From IMG/VR virus record IMGVR_UViG_2537561875_000003: a stretch of DNA of 36,852 bases. One strand, 5' to 3'. Position numbers and translations under genes: made by a program. This document shows, piece by piece, positions 1-8,663 of this stretch (positions are counted from its first letter, which is position 1; the number at the start of each line of letters is the position of its first letter). The notes under the pieces were generated by a model that did not search any database, was not told the DNA's origin, and saw only the letters and a program-made list of their open reading frames with translations. The stretch comes from a virus (Duplodnaviria > Heunggongvirae > Uroviricota > Caudoviricetes).

Positions 1-663
1 TTAATCATTGATGGTGGTGAAGCTGAATTTGGCTGGCAGCGTGCGCAGCGCGACCCCTTTAGGCGCGATCTCCAGCGAGGAAAACGGGGCGACCATGCCG
101 GCAGCGTGTTTTTGTCCGTTAAGGGTGATGCTGTCGATGGTGATATAGCGCGCTGAGGCATTGCTCACCCGCAACCCGTTGCCCGTAGGAGCCAGCGCCC
201 AGTTCAGGGCTTTTTCCGCGGCTATTTTTTCCGCCGCCACGCCTGCCGGACGGTAAAACAGCTTGATACGCGACCGTATCGCGAGCTGCAGGTAATTGTC
301 AGTCTTGCCATTTTTCGGCTCAGGTGGGATATCCAGAAGATTGAACCAGAACAGCGATTCCCGATCCTGCGGCAGGCGGCTGCCGTTAAACACCAGGCGC
401 CAGCTCTGGCCTTTTCCCGGTTCGATGCGCACAATCGGCGGCAGCACAATAAACGGCGCCGCATCCTTTTCCGGTTGATTTTGCACGCGGCCATCGTCGA
501 CCCAGACCTGCGTCAGAGAGGGGGTCTCCCCCATATTGGTGGCCCGGACGGCGATCTCTTTTTTGTCGCCGGGAAAAATAATCCGTGTGCCGTCAATAAC
601 CATGCTGGCGTCCGCCGAGGGTAAATAGCTGGACAGCAGCAGTGCCAGAACCATACGCCGCAT
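1..663 (-). CDS. Fimbrial periplasmic chaperone (PapD/FimC family)
   Basis: Signal peptide MRRMVLALLLSSYLPSADA; family motifs IEPGKGQ, LPQDRESLFWFNLLDIPP, LQLAIRSRIKLFYRP. ATG at 663 follows AAGGAGGAGG RBS; stop TAA at 1-3. Confidence 0.9.
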   Translation of the reverse strand: MRRMVLALLLSSYLPSADASMVIDGTRIIFPGDKKEIAVRATNMGETPSLTQVWVDDGRVQNQPEKDAAPFIVLPPIVRIEPGKGQSWRLVFNGSRLPQDRESLFWFNLLDIPPEPKNGKTDNYLQLAIRSRIKLFYRPAGVAAEKIAAEKALNWALAPTGNGLRVSNASARYITIDSITLNGQKHAAGMVAPFSSLEIAPKGVALRTLPAKFSFTTIND

Positions 664-691
664 ATTCACCTCCTCCTTGTCGGGGGGATAA

Positions 692-712
692 ACGGCCCCT
701 GAGCGGGGCCGT
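692..712 (-). other. Intergenic stem-loop between major subunit and chaperone genes
   Basis: ACGGCCCC-tgagc-GGGGCCGT perfect 8-bp inverted repeat; such hairpins after the pilin gene are typical of chaperone-usher operons. Confidence 0.55.
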
Positions 713-721
713 GGACAGGGG

Positions 722-1282
722 TTACGGATAGACCACCGTAAAGTTGACGTAGGCTGCGACTTTTCCAGCCTTGGCGGCATCAGTCGCATAGTAGCGGGCA
801 TAGAAAGGCAGCGAGGCGGAACCATCCTGCTCAGCCACCGCCACCGGGATCGCTTCCAGGCGAGCAACTTTGCCGTCTGCAGCGACCGCCGGGGTCTCCG
901 CGAGGTTAATCGGCGTAAACCGGGTGTTCAGCAGCTCCACATCGACGTTTTCTGCTTGCGTGCCGTCAGTCAGAGTGTTTTTTAGTCGGCCCTCCGTGGA
1001 AACGTTTTGATCCTTCTCGAAGTACACCGAGACATTGGTCCCCGGGGAACAGCTCGTCAGATCGATAGTGAAGGGAACCACGCCCGCCGTCTCGCCCGCG
1101 CTGCTGAGCGCCGAGCGCTGGACCGTCGGCAGGGTTACCGTCTTGTCTTTATTCTTTACCGTACAGGTATTGTCGATGACTTCACCATTAAAGGTGACTT
1201 TGCCATCAGCAGCCTGCGCCGCTACCGGAGAAAGCATCATCATCACCACGAAAGATGCCATTCCTTTGCTGTATTTTTTCAT
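722..1282 (-). CDS. Major fimbrial subunit (chaperone-usher pilin)
   Basis: Signal peptide, GKVTFNGEVIDNTCTV, second Cys in LTSCS, C-terminal YYAT...GKVAAYVNFTVVYP with penultimate Tyr; ATG 1282 after GAGGAG. Confidence 0.92.
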   Translation of the reverse strand: MKKYSKGMASFVVMMMLSPVAAQAADGKVTFNGEVIDNTCTVKNKDKTVTLPTVQRSALSSAGETAGVVPFTIDLTSCSPGTNVSVYFEKDQNVSTEGRLKNTLTDGTQAENVDVELLNTRFTPINLAETPAVAADGKVARLEAIPVAVAEQDGSASLPFYARYYATDAAKAGKVAAYVNFTVVYP

Positions 1283-1607
1283 ATTCACTCCTCATCACCA
1301 CGCTTATGGAGAATCGTTCAGGAAATACCCCTGGCGTACTTTATACGTACAATTTATTAATACTCAGTCCATTGGATTAGCCTGTTATCTTTTAACCCCT
1401 TCCCTGCACTGACATCCTACTCACTTCATTATTTATTATTCAAATTCGCCACCAGGACCATTTCTACTTTTTATAGAAAAGTCTTAACACCACTCTGAAA
1501 AAGAAATACAACAAACGCACAATAAAAACATAACTAATTGTAAATAAAAGGTAATTTTTATTTTTTATTTTCTAAAAAACATTCGAGAAATGGGTAATGA
1601 CTCCAAC

Positions 1608-2111
1608 TTATTGATAGTGTTTTATGTTCAGATAATGCCCGATGACTTTGTCATGCAGCTCCACCGATTTTGAGAACGACAGCGACTTCCGTCCCAGCCG
1701 TGCCAGGTGCTGCCTCAGATTCAGGTTATGCCGCTCAATTCGCTGCGTATATCGCTTGCTGATTACGTGCAGCTTTCCCTTCAGGCGGGATTCATACAGC
1801 GGCCAGCCATCCGTCATCCATATCACCACGTCAAAGGGTGACAGCAGGCTCATAAGACGCCCCAGCGTCGCCATAGTGCGTTCACCGAATACGTGCGCAA
1901 CAACCGTCTTCCGGAGCCTGTCATACGCGTAAAACAGCCAGCGCTGGCGCGATTTAGCCCCGACGTATCCCCACTGTTCGTCCATTTCCGCGCAGACGAT
2001 GACGTCACTGCCCGGCTGTATGCGCGAGGTTACCGACTGCGGCCTGAGTTTTTTAAATGGCGGAAAATCGTGTTGAGGCCAACGCCCATAATGCGGGCGG
2101 TTGCCCGGCAT
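1608..2111 (-). CDS. insB: IS1 transposase InsB (expressed as InsAB by -1 frameshift)
   Basis: 167-aa ORF with [23 protein letters not shown] and [18 protein letters not shown]. Confidence 0.97.
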   Translation of the reverse strand: MPGNRPHYGRWPQHDFPPFKKLRPQSVTSRIQPGSDVIVCAEMDEQWGYVGAKSRQRWLFYAYDRLRKTVVAHVFGERTMATLGRLMSLLSPFDVVIWMTDGWPLYESRLKGKLHVISKRYTQRIERHNLNLRQHLARLGRKSLSFSKSVELHDKVIGHYLNIKHYQ

Positions 2112-2305
2112 CCAACGCCATTCATGGCCATATCAATGATTTTCTGGTGCGTACCGGGTTGAGAAGCGGTGTAAGTGAACTGCAGTTGCCATGTTTTACG
2201 GCAGTGAGAGCAGAGATAGCGCTGATGTCCGGCGGTGCTTTTGCCGTTACGCACCACCCCGTCAGTAGCTGAACAGGAGGGACAGCTGATAGAAACAGAA
2301 GCCAC
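2030..2305 (-). CDS. insA: IS1 protein InsA
   Basis: 91-aa [35 protein letters not shown] zinc finger plus HTH. Confidence 0.98.
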   Translation of the reverse strand: MASVSISCPSCSATDGVVRNGKSTAGHQRYLCSHCRKTWQLQFTYTASQPGTHQKIIDMAMNGVGCRATARIMGVGLNTIFRHLKNSGRSR

Positions 2306-2470
2306 TGGAGCACCTCAAAAACACCATCATACACTAAATCAGTAAGTTGGCAGCATCACCCATAAGGCAGATCCAACATGAGTGCAGATTTTAAAGAAAC
2401 TTGCAGAATGGCTAGACAGCCAGTCCTCTGATGCTCCGCCTAAATAAGATTTAAACAATGCAGAGGAAGC

Positions 2471-2590
2471 ATGTCTGACTTAGTTATCCCCATACTTATT
2501 ACTTTGCTGATTATCGGGTTGGTTGGGATAGTCCTCAGGCTGGACAAAATTTTCTTCAAGCGAAGGAGTGGGCGGGATGACTTTGAGTAA
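2471..2590 (+). CDS. 39-aa single-pass membrane peptide, phage-like (below ORF-track cutoff)
   Basis: MSDLVIPILITLLIIGLVGIVLRLDKIFFKRRSGRDDFE*, hand translated; GAGGA RBS upstream; hydrophobic helix then basic tail; terminator downstream. Confidence 0.65.
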   Translation: MSDLVIPILITLLIIGLVGIVLRLDKIFFKRRSGRDDFE

Positions 2591-2670
2591 GCCAGACCGG
2601 TAGTTCGATGTTTTTTGGTAATGCCGCAGACGTACAGGAAGCATGGGTAAGTAATCGGTGGGTAGAGATA

Positions 2671-2694
2671 GGTCGCAGAAATGCGGCTTTTTTT
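2671..2694 (+). terminator. Rho-independent terminator
   Basis: GGTCGCA-GAAA-TGCGGCT followed by a T tract. Confidence 0.7.
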
Positions 2695-2819
2695 ATTGGA
2701 TGGAATTGCAGGTGTAAAAAATCACAGCAATAAGCTGATCATTTTATTGAAGTTTCTTATTTTCCTGGGTAGGATTTGAGTGTTGCTTGAGCATTTTGTG
2801 CTCATACACAAAAGGAAAA

Positions 2820-2847
2820 CCCCTGAACAGTTGGAGCTGTTCAGGGG
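2820..2847 (-). terminator. Perfect 11-bp hairpin; terminator geometry on the minus strand
   Basis: CCCCTGAACAG-ttggag-CTGTTCAGGGG, followed on the minus strand by TTTTCCTTTT. Confidence 0.55.
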
Positions 2848-2959
2848 CTGCAAAACATCATTAATTGGCTAACAATGCTTTCTTGAGATCTCGGTTTAGA
2901 AGATTAACTCAAGCGAGATCCCCTGTAAAGCATTCGATGCCATCTTTTTAGGTGGTGCG

Positions 2960-3661
2960 ATGAGTCATCCTGTTGCTTTGAATGAGTTCGATTTTAACGG
3001 TAATGCCGTAAGAACTATGACTGATGAATATTCAGAGGTGTGGTTTGTAGCAAAAGATGTTGCGGATATTCTTGGATATGCAGAAACCAGCAACATGACT
3101 GAAAGGCTGGATGAGGATGAGAAAAGAAAACAGACCCTGCAAAATGGACGAAACTACACAAATCAGACACTTATTAATGAGTCTGGGTTATATAATGCAG
3201 TAATGGGGTCGCAGAAGGTAGAAGCGAAACATTTTAAAAAATGGGTTACTTCTGAGGTTCTTCCATCTATCCGTAAAACTGGCGGATATAACATGGTGCC
3301 TCAAACCTATGCTGATGCGCTTCGACAACTTGCCGATCAGGCAGAAGCGACTGAGCGTGCACAACTTATGCTGGAAAAGAAAGATGGTCAGTTTAAATCA
3401 GTGCGCGGCGCCTATGGTCAACATGTTATGCAGCACAACAAGTATGTTCATAGCAAAGGCGAAGGATTTAGGCACGCTACGATTGCGCATGTTAAAAGCG
3501 TTATGCCTGGAAAGTACAGTTGGCAGGCGCTGGCAAACTACTGCAGCTACCACAACCTATCAGTAGAAATTCTTACACCTCACTACCAATCCGTTCCATT
3601 AAACTCCTACCCTGCAGAAGCATGGATGGCGATCTACAATATCGACATCACAAAATTCTGA
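2960..3661 (+). CDS. Bro-N domain phage antirepressor-like protein
   Basis: FDFNGNAVRT..VWFVAKDVADILGY..LINESGLYNAVMGSQKVEAKHFKKWVTSEVLPSIRKTGGY is the Bro-N signature; GGTGG RBS-like sequence upstream. Confidence 0.88.
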   Translation: MSHPVALNEFDFNGNAVRTMTDEYSEVWFVAKDVADILGYAETSNMTERLDEDEKRKQTLQNGRNYTNQTLINESGLYNAVMGSQKVEAKHFKKWVTSEVLPSIRKTGGYNMVPQTYADALRQLADQAEATERAQLMLEKKDGQFKSVRGAYGQHVMQHNKYVHSKGEGFRHATIAHVKSVMPGKYSWQALANYCSYHNLSVEILTPHYQSVPLNSYPAEAWMAIYNIDITKF

Positions 3662-3690
3662 TGCCTATTTAATAAGAATGTAACGTCCAT

Positions 3691-3718
3691 AACCCGGCCA
3701 CCGTGCCGGGTTTCTTTT
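3691..3718 (+). terminator. Rho-independent terminator between convergent genes
   Basis: AACCCGGC-caccgt-GCCGGGTT then TCTTTT. Confidence 0.75.
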
Positions 3719-3722
3719 ACAC

Positions 3723-4700
3723 CTAACCCTTTGTAACCAAATTCATGAGAATAGCATCTACCTCATCTCGCCCTTCGTGTCGGTCACTTTTGAGTAACCA
3801 TTTCAGCACATCAATAGCCTCCTGCTGGTGGATAGGACTGATCGTAGCAAGTTGGGTATCAAGCCAGTCCTCTCGATCATAGACCTCCTGACTCAGCCCT
3901 TCTGAATACTGGTGACCTAACTCTCGCCCAGCAGCATCGCGTATCCAATAAAGCCACGTCCAGTAATCAAATTCGCGGACAACATCGGATAGTGTGTGAG
4001 GTGAAGGCAGTACATCCGTGAAACCATGATGTGCATCTTTCCGAGCATCATCCAGTTCCAGATATCGCTCGATACCTGAAATACTTCCATCGGCGACTTC
4101 TTCCCTCGTCAGCCCAAAATCCTCATCTACCAGAAATGCAGATCGTGAGATGAGCAACTCTGCTTCTACTGGTTCCATAGCAGCTTCATAACTACCAAAC
4201 ACAGCACGAACTTCGCTGGCCTTCCTGATATTCTCCCTGGCAAGCTTGAGGTAGTGCTGAGGATCATCCATGAAAAAGGTACCGAAAGCGGTTTGCAATA
4301 TGTCAGCACCATTAGCGACCATCCAGTCACGATACCGTTTCTCTACGTCTTTTGGGCTAATGGTAAGCTTCTCAAGTGCTGCCTCTGCAGCATCCAGATG
4401 TGCTGGCTCATTCAGCTTAATCACTTCCAGCACCCACAAATAAGCATCGGTCTGCTTATGACCAGTAATGACCTTTTGGGGCGGCAGTGCCTTTGTTAAC
4501 GCAGGTACGTTCGAAAAGCGCGCCTCAGGGATAGTGAAAAGAACCTTGTGAGCCGGATTATCAGCGAACAATCCACTGCGCTGGCAGAAGCTACTCACAG
4601 TGCTGGGCTTAAGTCCCATTTTATTCGCGATGGTGCGATACCCTACACCACTACGTTTGAGGCGAGCGATTTCCGCCTTCTGTTCTGTAGTCAGTCGCAT
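3723..4700 (-). CDS. 325-aa protein with N-terminal helix-turn-helix, function unknown
   Basis: LTTEQKAEIARLKRSGVGYRTIANKMGLKPSTVSSFCQR is an HTH pattern; ATG at 4700 preferred over the track's TTG at 4724. Confidence 0.7.
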   Translation of the reverse strand: MRLTTEQKAEIARLKRSGVGYRTIANKMGLKPSTVSSFCQRSGLFADNPAHKVLFTIPEARFSNVPALTKALPPQKVITGHKQTDAYLWVLEVIKLNEPAHLDAAEAALEKLTISPKDVEKRYRDWMVANGADILQTAFGTFFMDDPQHYLKLARENIRKASEVRAVFGSYEAAMEPVEAELLISRSAFLVDEDFGLTREEVADGSISGIERYLELDDARKDAHHGFTDVLPSPHTLSDVVREFDYWTWLYWIRDAAGRELGHQYSEGLSQEVYDREDWLDTQLATISPIHQQEAIDVLKWLLKSDRHEGRDEVDAILMNLVTKG

Positions 4701-4720
4701 GTTACTGATCCATACCCATG

Positions 4721-5164
4721 TCAAAAATCATCGTCATACGGAGGTGTCTGGTCGTATCCTTCATACCCGTTCGCGGGCGGTTGCTGCTCCTGGGCCCGGC
4801 GCAGGGCATCAGTAGCCTGTCCTTGTTGACCTACTTTACCGCCTGGGCGGACCGTTCTGGCGCTGAGTACACTGTCCGCAATAACCTGATAACCTTGCTG
4901 CATACCACCATCCTGACCAGTCCACTGATTGAGCTGCATATTGCCCGCCACGCTGACAAGGTCGCCTTTATGGTGTTTGGCCAGCGCGTCAACCTGCTTA
5001 CCAAAGGCAATCACGCCCAACCAGAAAGTAGCCTCTCCGTTATCTGCCGCATTACAGGGCAGAGCTACCGCCAGGCGGGCCATTGTCATGTTCGTACCTT
5101 TTCCCGTTGTTCTGGTCTGCGGGTCGGCCACCAGCCGGCCATACGCTGAAATTTGAGCTGTCAT
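4721..5164 (-). CDS. ssb: Single-stranded DNA-binding protein
   Basis: OB-fold motifs YGRLVADPQTR, KGDLVSVAGNMQLNQW; Q/P-rich linker; acidic tip YDDDF. Confidence 0.88.
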   Translation of the reverse strand: MTAQISAYGRLVADPQTRTTGKGTNMTMARLAVALPCNAADNGEATFWLGVIAFGKQVDALAKHHKGDLVSVAGNMQLNQWTGQDGGMQQGYQVIADSVLSARTVRPGGKVGQQGQATDALRRAQEQQPPANGYEGYDQTPPYDDDF

Positions 5165-5205
5165 CGCAGTGATCCTCTCTTCTGATACCCTGTACCTGAT
5201 TCAGT

Positions 5206-5316
5206 GTTGGTTCAAACTGGTAGTTTGTTGCCTCAATGTTGGTTCATTTTTTAAACATGAAACCTTATTAAACAGATATATATAACTACTGAGGCAACTG
5301 AACCAACTGAACCAAC
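5206..5316. repeat. Putative satellite replication origin: six 9-bp iterons in inverted arrangement around an AT-rich core
   Basis: GTTGGTTCA 5206, GTTGCCTCA 5227, GTTGGTTCA 5238; AT-rich 5247-5289; TGAGGCAAC 5290, TGAACCAAC 5299, TGAACCAAC 5308. Confidence 0.7.
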
Positions 5317-5345
5317 ACTTAATCTACACACATGAAAGAGTGCTT

Positions 5346-7460
5346 TTACTCTGGCTGGCCATCGTCCGGCAGATACTGCAGGACATAAACCCGAATCTGT
5401 CGCCCATCAATGCGTGGTGACTTTCTCTGAAACCCCCGGCCTGAAGTCGGCGGTGTCAGCATGCCAGCTTTCTTCAATACCTCCGCAAACTGACGAGTGT
5501 TAAAGCCGCGGGCGATCTCCCCTTCGAAGGCTGCCGGGAAGGTGTAGAACACCATCGGGTCAGTCTCATGACCGCCCTTCTGCCGGTATCCCGCCATGTT
5601 GGAGATGGGGAGACTGGTCGGGTCATACGGGAACGGTGCAAAGCGGCTCATGCCGTAAGCGTTCAGGAATGCCTCTGTCTGCTCAATAATTTGCTGATGC
5701 TCTTTGTTGCCGGTACCGAATTCACGCAACCAGGCGTTATAGCTGTACTGAATAGCATCCCGACACGTCTGCTCATCCCAGCCGGTGATCACATTACCTA
5801 ACAATAGTGCGGCTTCCAGAATGGCAAACCGGGCGCCAACACGATGGACCTGCTCCCCGTAATCCGACGGGATCAGACTACGCCAGCGCTCTTCCGCTGC
5901 TCTGACGGCGTTCACCGCCTCTTGCTGGTGGTCAGCCAGCCATTTCACCCACTCACGCCCAGCCACTCCATGGTGATGCTGGTATGCATCTTTGAGGGCA
6001 TCGGCATGGTGTTTGCCGTTGGCATGCTCATGGAAACGAACAGCCCGGCGCATCGGGATATTCAGCAGGCGAACCAGCTGGCCTGCTTTAGCCTTGCGAC
6101 CGGCGCTCGCAATGAAGGTTTCCAGATCCATCTCACCGGTACTGATGGCCACAGTACGCCAGCGCTTCAGATCACGGTTCCCCCCCTCCTTCGCGCCCTG
6201 CAGCTTACCCGTACCATTAAATAGCGCGTAGGCAGATTTGTAGACTTCCACCGGATCAGCGCCCTGCCCGATTTCGTCTAGCGGCATCAGCGCGTCGTTG
6301 TGTGCGGCAGCTTCATTCGCCAGCCCCAGCGCGGTACCGTACCAGGTAAGGCGCAATACATCAGGATTGCCGTAGAGACTGGATGCCACATTGGCAGTGG
6401 TGGTCTTACCGGCGCTCGACTGCTCATAGAGATGGATACCAAAACCATCAGCGCCGGCAAGGCCAATCAAAGGAGCTGACAGCGCTGCAGCCACGCCAGT
6501 CATCATCGAGTAGTTGCCAAAGGCCAGACGTCCAACGCTCTCTCGCCAGCTCTCAACAGTACCGCTGGTGGTATAACCGGATGCGGCAGAACTTCGTCCA
6601 TTAAACAGCACCGGTTGATCTGGAGTACCAATGATCTCGCCATCCGGCATGATGTAGGCGCCACACTGCCAGCCCGTAGCATGCGCAATGCGCCATACCT
6701 CACCATTGGCACAGCTCTGCAGCCAGTCGGCCAGCGTTGCACGTAAACCACTTTTGGTTGTGACGTTCAACCCACCAGCCTTAAGCGTTCGCCAGCCTTC
6801 GCGTTCACCAATATCAGCAAATGGTATTGCCTGGACAGTATCCCCCTTCGAACCGAATGGGCGCCAGCGCAGGATCAGATACCGGGTTTTACTGTCATCT
6901 ATGCCAGTGCCTATGACCTCCAGAGCAGAACACAGCCAGCTTTCACGGGTAGTTATTTCCCCGGTATCTTTGTCTGATTTGGGTTCAACCCAAAAAATAC
7001 CGTCAGCTCGGCTTTCAACATGTGGCTTCAGGTTGTCACTATTCGCAGATTTATTGGCTTTCAGAATTGATGTCGTTGTGTGCTCGCCCTGTTCTCTGAG
7101 TCTGGCCAGATATTGCCTCCAGTTTTCCGGTTTTTGGTCAGGAATTCCCTTATATAATTTCGCTTCCAGTACACCTGCCTGAGCAAGTTTTTCCCCAATG
7201 GCATTAATCATTATTGGCTCAATGCTTCCAGCCAGATAAACACGAGCACTGCGACGCCCTTTATCAATAATTTGCAGGTTCTCCAGTTCCGCCAGCTGCT
7301 TCGGTCCAAGATAAATGGGAGGTGTTCTGTCCTCAGCGACTTGTTTACCCATGCCCTCTTCCCATCCTTTTGCATGTGCATACGCATCGGTTCCAGCAAA
7401 AATAACTGCTTCAGTAAATTTTTCTTTTGGCAAATGTTTCAGGTTAGGTGCCAGTTTCAT
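5346..7460 (-). CDS. DUF927-family replication helicase (satellite Rep/primase-helicase slot)
   Basis: 704 aa; Walker A-like EQSSAGKTT, Walker B LMPLDEIG, WRTVAISTGE; N-terminus MKLAPNLKHLPKEKFTEAVIFAG resembles satellite primase-helicase N-termini. Confidence 0.82.
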   Translation of the reverse strand: MKLAPNLKHLPKEKFTEAVIFAGTDAYAHAKGWEEGMGKQVAEDRTPPIYLGPKQLAELENLQIIDKGRRSARVYLAGSIEPIMINAIGEKLAQAGVLEAKLYKGIPDQKPENWRQYLARLREQGEHTTTSILKANKSANSDNLKPHVESRADGIFWVEPKSDKDTGEITTRESWLCSALEVIGTGIDDSKTRYLILRWRPFGSKGDTVQAIPFADIGEREGWRTLKAGGLNVTTKSGLRATLADWLQSCANGEVWRIAHATGWQCGAYIMPDGEIIGTPDQPVLFNGRSSAASGYTTSGTVESWRESVGRLAFGNYSMMTGVAAALSAPLIGLAGADGFGIHLYEQSSAGKTTTANVASSLYGNPDVLRLTWYGTALGLANEAAAHNDALMPLDEIGQGADPVEVYKSAYALFNGTGKLQGAKEGGNRDLKRWRTVAISTGEMDLETFIASAGRKAKAGQLVRLLNIPMRRAVRFHEHANGKHHADALKDAYQHHHGVAGREWVKWLADHQQEAVNAVRAAEERWRSLIPSDYGEQVHRVGARFAILEAALLLGNVITGWDEQTCRDAIQYSYNAWLREFGTGNKEHQQIIEQTEAFLNAYGMSRFAPFPYDPTSLPISNMAGYRQKGGHETDPMVFYTFPAAFEGEIARGFNTRQFAEVLKKAGMLTPPTSGRGFQRKSPRIDGRQIRVYVLQYLPDDGQPE

Positions 7461-7672
7461 TGACGCTTCTCCCGATGTGCACGCAAGACGTAATCAGCAA
7501 GTTCTTCATCCGCCGTTTTAATCGTTTCTGGTACATCCTGGAGTAACGAGATCAGAGCACAAATTAACTGCATATCCCGTTCAGATGCTTTCGTGCCCTC
7601 TAACCATATTGAGAGCAGTGCCTGTGCTTGTTCAACACGACATTGGGCATCAATAAGCTGCATATCGCTCAT
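7457..7672 (-). CDS. Hypothetical satellite protein (71 aa)
   Basis: ATGA overlaps with both neighbours. Confidence 0.7.
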   Translation of the reverse strand: MSDMQLIDAQCRVEQAQALLSIWLEGTKASERDMQLICALISLLQDVPETIKTADEELADYVLRAHREKRQ

Positions 7673-7932
7673 ACCCTGACCTCCGCATCAATTCTGACCA
7701 TATCGACAATCGCCAGGACTTTATCCAGCCAGCAATGCACAACGACTGCTTGCTCAACGTCGAGGTATGGTGATAAATCGGTCATTACATGAACTAACCC
7801 ATTACGAGCGCGGGCCATACGTTCTGCGGTACGCTCTGCCAGAGTAAAATCTTCCGGATAAGGCTGCACACGGGATAGCGTCGCCTCGGCCTCAAGTTCG
7901 GCAGGATGGCGGTATATAGCGTTTATATTCAT
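7669..7932 (-). CDS. Hypothetical satellite protein (87 aa)
   Basis: ATGA-coupled in the operon. Confidence 0.7.
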   Translation of the reverse strand: MNINAIYRHPAELEAEATLSRVQPYPEDFTLAERTAERMARARNGLVHVMTDLSPYLDVEQAVVVHCWLDKVLAIVDMVRIDAEVRV

Positions 7933-8246
7933 TTGCCCGCCCTCATTTTTGATTCTTTGACGCAGTCAGAACGACACACACCCGCATTCGCTACGGTATC
8001 GTTAAGCGCCAGCACCACCTCACCAACCGTACCCAGCATTGCGCCTATTTTGCGCATGTCTCCCTTTGCGGTCTCCTCGGTGTAGTTGTTATTGTCCGTG
8101 GCCCAGAACATCAGACTTCCAATGGCACTAATGCCGAGCAACAAATCACTCACAGCCTCATCCATGCGGTTCTGAATGCCTTCCAGCTCATCAACGGTGG
8201 CGCCTTTGCCGAATTCGTGGCGAACTAAATCGTTATACAGGCTCAT
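7929..8246 (-). CDS. Hypothetical satellite protein (105 aa)
   Basis: ATGA-coupled; GGAGGT RBS. Confidence 0.72.
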   Translation of the reverse strand: MSLYNDLVRHEFGKGATVDELEGIQNRMDEAVSDLLLGISAIGSLMFWATDNNNYTEETAKGDMRKIGAMLGTVGEVVLALNDTVANAGVCRSDCVKESKMRAGK

Positions 8247-8422
8247 GCTGCCACCTCCTGTACGCGTGTAATGCGAACGTGGCTGAGACCTTCACGCTGC
8301 GCCTGAAGCACTGCGTGGGCCATTGCTGTTTTAGTGTCGCTGGATGTGAGTTGATAGCCGATGCCAACGGTTAAACCGCGCTTATTAACGGCGTAGCCGG
8401 TGATGCGGAAATTGTTACGCAT
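8243..8422 (-). CDS. Hypothetical satellite protein (59 aa)
   Basis: Start reassigned to ATG 8422 (GAGGTGGCTCATG), overlapping the icd-like stop. Confidence 0.62.
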   Translation of the reverse strand: MRNNFRITGYAVNKRGLTVGIGYQLTSSDTKTAMAHAVLQAQREGLSHVRITRVQEVAA

Positions 8423-8606
8423 GAGCCACCTCCAGACGGATGCGACCAGCGAAAAAGCAGACATGATCGCGAGCCAGTGAACGGCGGGCGTCACGTTCAG
8501 ACGGTGCGGCGATATGGTGAATTTGGGCTTTAATTGTCGTCATATCGCGGCGAACAGCGGCGATAATCCAGATAAACTGCGGATTTTGGGTAGGGGTAGT
8601 AGCCAC
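8415..8606 (-). CDS. Icd-like host cell division inhibitor (Ash/Icd family), 63 aa
   Basis: AAGGAGG RBS then GTG at 8606; MATTPTQNPQFIWIIAAVRRD..IAAPSERDARRSLARDHVCFFAGRIR matches the Icd-like pattern. An in-frame upstream extension to 9146 exists. Confidence 0.78.
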   Translation of the reverse strand: MATTPTQNPQFIWIIAAVRRDMTTIKAQIHHIAAPSERDARRSLARDHVCFFAGRIRLEVAHA

Positions 8607-8663
8607 AATGGCAGCCTCCTTGTACTGGGGATTAATCCCACCACCGGAAACGCCAATTTCACT

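Larger units (their letters stand above)
1593..2360 (-). mobile_element. IS1-family insertion sequence, 768 bp
   Basis: Ends GGTAATGACTCCAACTTA (1593) and AAGTTGGCAGCATCACC (2360); exact IS1 length; insA/insB with A6C frameshift motif at 2048-2054. No 8-9 bp target duplication (left cgagaaatg, right cataaggca). Confidence 0.98.

Noticed and set aside
664-867. N-terminal extension of the chaperone ORF in the track
   Set aside because: Overlaps the pilin gene; signal peptide and RBS place the start at 663.
655-1295. Near-identical GAG(G)TGAATATG start regions of pilin and chaperone genes
   Set aside because: Short similarity mostly explained by RBS and ATG constraints.
1575-1606. IS1 hybrid promoter driving the fimbrial operon
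   Set aside because: An outward TTGGAG -35 exists, but the 16-18 bp spaced hexamers (GAATGT, AATGTT, ATGTTT) are poor -10 matches.
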